In this document: in pieces, positions 12,001 through 19,656 of the stretch
How the letters are laid out: each line of letters opens with the position of its first letter
How positions within the stretch are numbered: the first letter of the stretch is position 1
Source: Monocercomonoides exilis PA203
Taxonomy: Eukaryota; Protista; Preaxostyla
NCBI GenBank assembly: GCA_001643675.2
Contig: LSRY02000016.1
Span: 310,001-374,000 of the forward strand
Direction of reading: 5' to 3'
DNA: 64,000 nucleotides
The notes under the pieces: model-generated
What the model saw: the letters and a program-made list of their open reading frames with translations, nothing else
Database searches by the model: none
Told to the model about the DNA's origin: nothing
Position numbers and translations under genes: made by a program

Positions 12001-13309
12001 CTTTTTGAAGTATATTGACGATAATCTATCTAGCAGAGATGAACCAGAGCTATTCGGCTTGCATGCTAATGCTGGTCTTACGCTGCTGAGAAGACAAGGA
12101 AATGAGATGGTTGGATGGCTTGTTGATCTTCAACCTGGAATGTCAGGAGCTAGTGAAGAAGGACAGTCGAAAGTTGTTGGTCTTGCTAAAGATATCCTTG
12201 CGCAACTTCCTCCAAACAATTTTGATATTCCTGCCATTCGCAAGAAATACCCAACGAGGCATGACGAATGTATGAACACTGTACTTGTACAGGATCTTGT
12301 GCGATACAACAAGCTTTTGACGATGATACGATCAACACTTACAGAAACAATCAATGCATTGCTTGGTCTCGTTGTTCTGTCAGCTACATGCGAACGTATT
12401 GCTTCACAGTTAACAGCAGGACAAGTTCCAGATGCTTGGGCACCTGTGAGCTATCCTTCACTTAAAGGTATTGGTGCTTGGGTTTCTGATTTGAAACTTA
12501 GACTTGGATTTATGTCTGATTGGGTACGTGATGGTCCTCCAGTAGTATTTCCTTTACCTTACTTCTTCTTCCCTCAAGCTTTTCTTACGGGCACGTTACA
12601 GAATTATGCAAGATCACGTCATATTCCAATTGATTTGATTGCATTTAGACATCTTATAATTGAAAACCCAGACGAAGAGGAAGAGGAAGAAGAAGCAAAA
12701 GCAGAAACAGATGGAGCTACTGATGAAGATCTGGATAAAGATATTGATGAGGATGAGGATGAAGATGAATCAAGACGAAAACGAAAACAAAAGAAATCAA
12801 AAAGTGCATTTATCAAACAGCCACCACCAGATGGAGAAGGTTGTTTTGTTAGCGGACTATTTATGGATGGTGCAAGATGGAACAGACACACTCACACAGT
12901 TGGAGAGTCAATTGCTGGTGAGCTGATTGTATCTATGCCCATTATCTGGCTTCGGCCAGAAGAAAAATCAGTTATCAAAATCTTGAATGCATCAGATGAC
13001 GAAATGCCAGGAGACGGTAGCGACAAAGGAAAGACAGAAGAGGAGCATGAGAAAGAAAGGGAGATGCGAGAAAAGGATCGACAACGGATGACCGATCTTG
13101 TTGCTGCTGGAAAATTGCCTTCTGGACTTGTAATATCTTCACCTGCAAATCGTTATGATTGCCCAGTGTACAAGATTAGTACACGTGCTGGAACACTTTC
13201 AACTACTGGTCATTCAACAAACTATGTGCTCACAATCACTCTACCTTCTGATATGCCTCCAAAGCACTGGGTTAGACGCGGGGTTGCACTTTTATGCCAG
13301 CCAGATTAA
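2..13309 (+). CDS. Axonemal dynein heavy chain, single-headed inner-arm type (DNAH1/DNAH6-like); 5' end lies outside the window
   Basis: Four P-loops: [33 protein letters not shown]. Also [43 protein letters not shown], stalk coiled coils and the C-terminal [15 protein letters not shown]...[12 protein letters not shown] typical of inner-arm chains. The frame stays open from base 2 to the GTG at 269, so the true start is upstream of the window. Ends at TAA 13307-13309. No intron is needed over 13 kb. Confidence 0.96.
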   Translation, partial: [4435 protein letters not shown]

Positions 13310-13439
13310 TCATATTAATGAACTCATTCACGTCGCACAAATCATATTTTTCTTTAAAAAATCCAATTTTCAAAAATATTTTTTTTTTCAAAACTCTCAA
13401 CACCTCACGTGTCTTCACTTCTACTTTTTTTTCGTTTTT

Positions 13440-13442
<3 letters not shown>

Positions 13443-13478
<36 letters not shown>
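13443..13478 (+). repeat. Poly-T homopolymer tract (~36 nt) downstream of the dynein stop
   Basis: Directly visible run of T. Confidence 0.9.
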
Positions 13479-13479
<1 letters not shown>

Positions 13480-13696
13480 TTTTTGCTTCATATTCCCCCA
13501 TTTTGCCAATAAACTATTTCCATTGACAATTTTTTAAAAAAATAATTTTTAAAACAAAAATTTAAAAAAATAAACTTGATGTGCGAAAATCAACAAAAAA
13601 CAATTTTTTGGTTTCAGGTGGATCAGAAATGTCTGAAGGATAATCACCTACCAAAACGAATATGACATTATATCATAAAACTTTTAAGGTGAAATA

Positions 13697-14845
13697 TAGG
13701 GTGGTCCTTTATATTTTGTCCAAAGAATAAAAAATGGGTTAGTAAAAAATGAATTATCAAAAATTTTTGGATATTACAGAGTTTTGCACTCTGATTGGAA
13801 TAAATTACGAAGAAATATATGAAAAACTGTAAATTGCGTATGGTTTATTTCTTCAGGATATCAGAACTTTTCGTTCATGGAACATTAGAATTCAAAGGCG
13901 AGAAGAAATTGACAGGAGACATTATAATCACGGCAGGCCAACAAATGAAGTGTTGATAAAGAAGATACAACAAGCAGTGGAATAAAATCCTGATATTAGC
14001 TCCAGAGCGTTGGCAGAACAATTTAGTGTTGCAAAAACAACTATTAAAAGGATTTTTCATGAAAAATTCCATTTTCATTCTTATCAAATTAGGTGTGTGC
14101 AGAACTCACTGAATGATGATCAGGAAAAAATCCGTTTTCAAACTGGCTCACAATAACTGGAGAAATTGGAAGATAAACAGAAAAGAAATTTTGAAGGACT
14201 GATTACAGGAGATGAATCCTTTTACTACAGAAGGTATAATTTCGAATGAGAATGGAGAAAAGAAAAATCTGAAGTGTCTACAACAGCAAATGACACTTAT
14301 TCTGATAAGAAATTCATGAACACAATTTTCATTTCAGTCCATTGGTTATTTATTCTCAATATTGTTCCAGAAAAAACAAAAATGAATACAGAATATTTCG
14401 TGGATTCGATATGAAAGTCCTTTAGCCTAATTCAAATTGACCTTTCTTTCGTTTCTCCTAAGGATTTTTTTATTCATTTCGATAATGCTCGTCCGCACAC
14501 AGCAGCAATTTCAAAGGTCTTTGTGGAGGAGCACAATTTAAATATTCTTCCACATCCTCCTTATTCTCCTGATGTTGCACCATGCGATTTTTTTCCTCTT
14601 CGGCTGCATAATGCAGGCTCTGAAAGGTAAAAAAATATCTTGTTCTTCAGAATTAGAAATCAATATAAGAAATATTCTTCATTCAATATCTTCAGACATG
14701 ATTATTCGTGCCTTTGAAAGTTGGATAAAGCGATTGGAGTTTATTACAACTTATAACGGAGAATATTTTTTTGATTGAATTTTTTTTTCGCATTTATCTT
14801 TAAACCATATCAAAAATTTTTTACAAAATATATAGGACCACCCTA
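13697..14845 (+). mobile_element. Mariner (Tc1/mariner, DD34D) DNA transposon, full length (1149 bp), inactivated
   Basis: 23-bp TIRs TAGGGTGGTCCT(T/A)TATATTTTGT at 13697-13719 and 14823-14845 (1 mismatch), flanked by TA at 13695-13696 and 14846-14847. Internal transposase remnant. Confidence 0.93.
13749..14778 (+). pseudogene. Mariner transposase pseudogene
   Basis: Motifs GRP, ITGDES (~14200-14220), HFDNARPHTA (~14475-14505) and PHPPYSPDVAPCDFF (~14550-14595). Exactly 34 residues lie between the 2nd and 3rd catalytic Asp. Several in-frame TAA/TGA stops and frameshifts. Confidence 0.9.
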
Positions 14846-15822
14846 TACAAGATGGAAACTGTTTGAAAATTAAAAAGCACAACAAAAATGAAGAACAATC
14901 ACACTTTGAATTCAAACATTTTGTGAACAACAAAGCAATGAATTAAACTAAAAACCAGCAAATATTTTATGGTTTTTTATATCATCTCAGAGAATAAAAA
15001 ATATCTGATGATTTTCCAAATATATTCATCAAAAAAACTGATTATCTTTTTATTGCTCCATTTAAGTAAAGCAAAACAAATCGATTCTTTTCGTTTTTGA
15101 TTTTCTTGATTAAAAAGTCTTAAAAGAGGTTAACATAGTTAAGAAAGTTTTTATTCATTGAGAATTGAAATTTTTGAAAAGTTTCTTTTTGAAAATTGAA
15201 TGAACACAAAAAATAAATAAAAAATTACTGCTTTGTTTTTCAGTTGAAAGCAAAATATCAAATAATCACAATCGAAAACAGTCACAAAAAGTTCTCAAAA
15301 AATTCAATGTGATCGTATCCGGCTTTGGTTGATATTCTTATTTTGAAATTTCACTTTTTTTCAAAATTGTCGAAAACATCAGAATTGTCGTCAGGTGAAC
15401 TTGCACTTATGAAACAAATCACAATCAAAAGAAGTTTTTTAATGGAAGTTTTTTTTTGAGATTTTTTTCTTAATATATAAGGTTTTATCTAATTTTCCAG
15501 TCCTAAATAATGAAAAAATTTTTCATATTATATTTGAAGAATGGAAGTGCAAAGTGGAATTTTGAAATAATTGTTTTCACTTATTTTTTTATTTTTCTAT
15601 TTTTTATTTTTTTATTTGACATTATGATTATTTCCTCAGTATGTTATGGAATTCACGGGAACTGATCAAGGTTGACGTTCTTGTTTCAACTACAAGAGAT
15701 GCTTTGTGTGTGCCATTCTGAATTTGATTAATATTTTTTTATCTTCTGTTTTTTTTTAACATTCTTTCAAAGTTAAAATTTTGAAAAGAAAAGTGAGAAT
15801 AGAAGATTCAAAATATAACAAA

Positions 15823-16066
15823 TGTCAATGATTTTTTGAAAAGTTTCTTTTGTTCTGTTTTCATATGAAAATGAGAATTAAACATTCTCATCAAATTTTC
15901 ATTCCAACTCACCAAAATTCACAAACTAAGAAATAGTGACTTTTTTAAGCATTTATTTTCAATCCGGAAAATTTTGGTGAGTCGGAATGAAAATTTTATG
16001 AGAATGTTTTATTCTCATTTTCACATGAAAATAAAACAAAAGGAATATTAAAAAAAATTTTAGACA
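15823..16066. repeat. Imperfect inverted repeat, MITE-like (~75-95 bp arms, ~50 bp spacer)
   Basis: Left arm TTTCTTTTGTTCTGTTTTCATATGAAAATGAGAATTAAACATTCTCATCAAATTTTCATTCCAACTCACCAAAATT matches the reverse complement of 15970-16045 at about 90% by eye. Weaker similarity extends to TGTC...GACA ends. No clear TSD. Confidence 0.75.
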
Positions 16067-16358
16067 AATACTTTAATAATTTTAGAGTTTGTTGAATTTT
16101 CTAACTCATTATTCAAACAATATATTCAGAGTGATCTATTTATTCATTAAGAAAATGCAATTCAATAGTATTCCACGAATGATATTTTCAACATAATAAA
16201 TTAGTTTTTATAAAAGAAAATAGTGATTTTGTACATTAAACTTCGAGTTTTGATATTTATTGGTTTTGGTATTTTTATTTTTATTTTTATTTTTTTATTT
16301 TTAATTAATTTAATTTAATAAATTTTTCTATTTTGTTTTATTTTATTTTGAGATTTAT

Positions 16359-16497
16359 TGGATGAAATGCGAATAAAAAGTTTTTATTCGAATGATCTGA
16401 TTTTATTCGAATAAACTGCCTGTATTTGAAATAAAGACTATTTATTCAAATAAACTATCTTTATTCGAAATAAAATGTCTTATTCAAATTTCATCCA
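16359..16497. repeat. Small palindromic element built from degenerate TTTATTCGAA(A)TAAA units
   Basis: TGGATGAAAT...ATTTCATCCA inverted ends enclose about 6 degenerate copies of a self-complementary TTTATTCGAATAAA motif at ~20-bp spacing. Confidence 0.65.
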
Positions 16498-16619
16498 TTG
16501 ATTGTTATTCAAATGTGAAATAATTAATTAAACAACAACTTTATAAGTTTGAGTGTTTTGTTAAAATGCAACTTAATTTCATTTTAGCATAACCTCATAT
16601 ATTCAAATGTGAAAAAAAG

Positions 16620-17604
16620 TAGGGTCATAATTTTATTAGTACCCCGTTTTTTATTAGATCCTAATTTTTTTTTTCTCATATTGCTTTATATAGAAGCTTA
16701 TACGCAATGAGAATAAATTTAAAATAAATAATATATTATTATAAGGTTGTATACCAAATATTTTTGAAAATCATTTCTTTTAAAAAAAGATCTGAATTTT
16801 TTAAGTTTTATTTCTTGATCAATGTTTTGCTCGTGTTTCCACGAGTTTTTGAAACCGAGTGTTTTCCTTGTTGGCATTGTTTTTAAACTTTTCTTTTTAA
16901 CATTTTTGGTTATTTTATAACTATAGAAACTCTTTTTTTTCACTAGTTTTCACACCTCACCTTTTTTTCGTAAAACTGAAATATTAACAAAGAGAATATT
17001 ATTTACACCTTTTTCTTATGTTCAAATAATGTATTATTGTTTGTTACAAATATGTGATATGGTAAAAATATTTTCCACAAAACATTTGGCACACAAAATG
17101 AAAAAGACGATATTTTGTTTTTCGTGTTAAACTCGTCATTCACAAATATTCATATATTATAGCTTAATTATATAATATTATACTAAATAATACATTAATT
17201 GAACATAAGAAAAAGGTGTAAATAATATTCTCTTTGTTAATATTTCAGTTTTACGAAAAAAAGGTGAGGTGTGAAAACTAGTGAAAAAAAAGAGTTTCTA
17301 TAGTTATAAAATAACCAAAAATGTTAAAAAGAAAAGTTTAAAAACAATGCCAACAAGGAAAACACTCGGTTTCAAAAACTCGTGGAAACACGAGCAAAAC
17401 ATTGATCAAGAAATAAAACTTAAAAAATTCAGATCTTTTTTTAAAAGAAATGATTTTCAAAAATATTTGGTATACAACCTTATAATAATATATTATTTAT
17501 TTTAAATTTATTCTCATTGCGTATAAGCTTCTATATAAAGCAATATGAGAAAAAAAAAATTAGGATCTAATAAAAAACGGGGTACTAATAAAATTATGAC
17601 CCTA
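16620..17604. mobile_element. Foldback-type non-autonomous element: 419-bp near-perfect inverted repeat with a 147-bp AT-rich spacer
   Basis: Arms 16620-17038 and 17186-17604 are reverse complements without indels (coordinates always sum to 34224; the identical 74-aa ORFs at 16719-16943 and 17281-17505 mirror each other). One mismatch seen (17026/17198). Ends are TAGGGTCATAA...TTATGACCCTA. Confidence 0.85.
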
Positions 17605-17750
17605 TAATAATTTAAAAAAAATATTTTAAAAACCATCTGTTGAACCACCTTTAAAGAAATTCCTCAAGTTAAACAAACAAATTAAAGTTATAAAAGATAA
17701 TGAAAATCATTTGATACTCGATCATCAATGGATTTTTCAAAATATTTTAA

Positions 17751-18552
17751 TCATTTAAAACCACTTATTGATTCGATTGCTCCTTTAAATGCGTTTTCAA
17801 TTGAAGAAGAATGAGCAATAATTGGTACAACTTCTGCAAAATGAAAATTCATAAGCATTCAAATTTTCGGAGTACAATATTATAAAAAACTAAAAAAACC
17901 TTCTCCGCTCAAACGTTTGGGAATATCTAAAAGATTAGGCTCAATGGATCTGTATGTTTTATCCTCTTCTTTCCATTGCCTCCCTCCAGGAAGTTTAAAT
18001 TCTGATGAAAATCGGAAATCTTCCAATGCTTTTCTATAAAAAAATAATGAACGATTCTATATATTTTAAAAATGAAAGTTAATTGCATAACGAACGAAAT
18101 GATGAAAAAATGTTTTCAAACTATTCTTGACTCCAAAATTTCACTAAGGTCTGTACTTTGATAAATGGATCCATAAAGAACGTAATATAAATCAAGCATC
18201 CTTGTTTTTGTTTCAGTTTCTCGAAACCGTTTTGCAATTATAAATAAGTCTGTATCATGATCTTCAATAGAAAACTCCACTCCACGTAAAGTTCGAAGTC
18301 TTTCTGCTGGAAGTTGCTGCATTTTCACAACCTCATTGTTGCATTCATGATCATAAAATGATGACCTGGAAAAATACTCCATAACTGTCTCCATATTCAA
18401 AGGATTGTGAAGCAACCATGCATCATCTCTTTAGAATATTTCAACAAAGAAACAAAATGTTTTAACATTTAAACTTAAAATTACAGCTCCAATTTAAATG
18501 AAAAATTCAACCTCCAACTTGTATGATGCAAATCTTTGCTTTTCACATCCAT
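17751..18552 (-). CDS. MED6: Mediator complex subunit 6; 4 exons (18552-18512, 18428-18122, 18056-17900, 17833-17751), 195 aa
   Basis: Spliced product reads ...TSWRDDAWLLHNPLNMETVMEYFSRSSFYDHECNNEVVKMQ...GVEF...LFIIAKRFR...YYVLYGSIYQSTDLSEILESRINRSLFFYRKAL..., matching the Med6 consensus. All three GT-AG introns keep the frame. Confidence 0.9.
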
Positions 18553-18728
18553 CAAAAATTATTAATGTTAAGATCATGTGCAGATAATTATTTTCATTTC
18601 TGAAGCTCACCATTTATTTAATATTTTCATTAAAAACACTCATTCAAAACACAATGAACAAAAGATTAAAACTAAATATTTTTGTTAGACTTAAACAAAA
18701 ATTTATTTATGTGCCCATCTTATGATAA

Positions 18729-19403
18729 CTAACTGGATGACGTCTTTAAAGAAGGATGAGTTATCATTTTTGTATCAACTAAATGCGGCACTTCTGTTGC
18801 CAACCAAGGAGATAAACCTAACGCAAGAGCGTGAGCAATTCCAAATCGAGGTTGATTTCTTGCCCAAAGGGGCTTGAAATGAACTGTCAAGCAAATCTTT
18901 CCACCTCTGTACATTTTCACAGTTTTTCCTTCAAGTTCTGGTATTGCAATTTCCGGAGCAGAAACAGGATAAGATGTAGGTATCTTTTGATAAAAATCAA
19001 AACATGATTCATAATGGAAATTAAAATCTCAAAAATTCATTGGAAAAAAGAACAAACATCAAATTCAAATTTAAATTCATATGTTAGATGTTGATAAACA
19101 TGAGAACATGTTCCGAACCAACTGAACAAAATTTTGATAAATTAAATTGTCAATTCAAAAAACAAATATAATGATAGAAAAAAAAAATAAAACAAACTGT
19201 AACCCATCGTCGCTAGATTCGATAGAAAACCAATCATCTCCAGATTCTTGGTTTGACTTAATAAAAGCAATTATACTTTTATATTCTTCTTTGAGGCGCT
19301 CTGTCCACTTTTCTTTATCTAAAGGCCCAGCATTCGTTCTCATAACTGGAATTTTACGCAACTTATCTCTTATTTCCCCACCAGAAGATGCAGAAGCAGC
19401 CAT
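18729..19403 (-). CDS. UFC1: UFM1-conjugating enzyme 1 (E2); 3 exons (19403-19198, 19121-19058, 18983-18729), 174 aa
   Basis: [108 protein letters not shown]. Closely follows UFC1, including the catalytic Cys in GGKICL. Confidence 0.97.
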
Positions 19404-19646
19404 CACAAAATGACAAGGAATGTGAATTGATCATTCAATATAATTCAAAATGGAAATTCAAATTCTTTAAAATATAACTTTACACAAAAAGATGAATTTT
19501 CAAATTTCAGTCAATTCATAATAAAAACGATTTATTTGTATCAAACCATTTTCAAAAAATAAATGACACTAATTTGCATTTTCTTGTGAAACTGTTTTCT
19601 ATTCAAAGAATTATATTTTTCCATCATTTTTCTATCACACAAAATG

Positions 19647-19656
19647 AAAAAAGAAA
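19647..19656 (-). terminator. Pol III oligo-T terminator of tRNA-Ser
   Basis: TTTCTTTTTT immediately 3' of the tRNA on the minus strand. Confidence 0.7.

Noticed and set aside
333-13526. Numerous short alternative-frame and antisense ORFs within dynein (likewise within the protease and CTR9)
   Set aside because: They overlap well-supported genes, have no motifs, and are expected by chance given the codon bias.
16359-16497. CRISPR-like array
   Set aside because: Units are degenerate and nearly contiguous, with no unique spacers, no cas genes, and a eukaryotic context.
16719-17505. Twin identical 74-aa ORFs as duplicated genes
   Set aside because: They simply mirror the inverted-repeat arms. 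Non-ATG start, AT-rich Lys/Phe composition, no domain.
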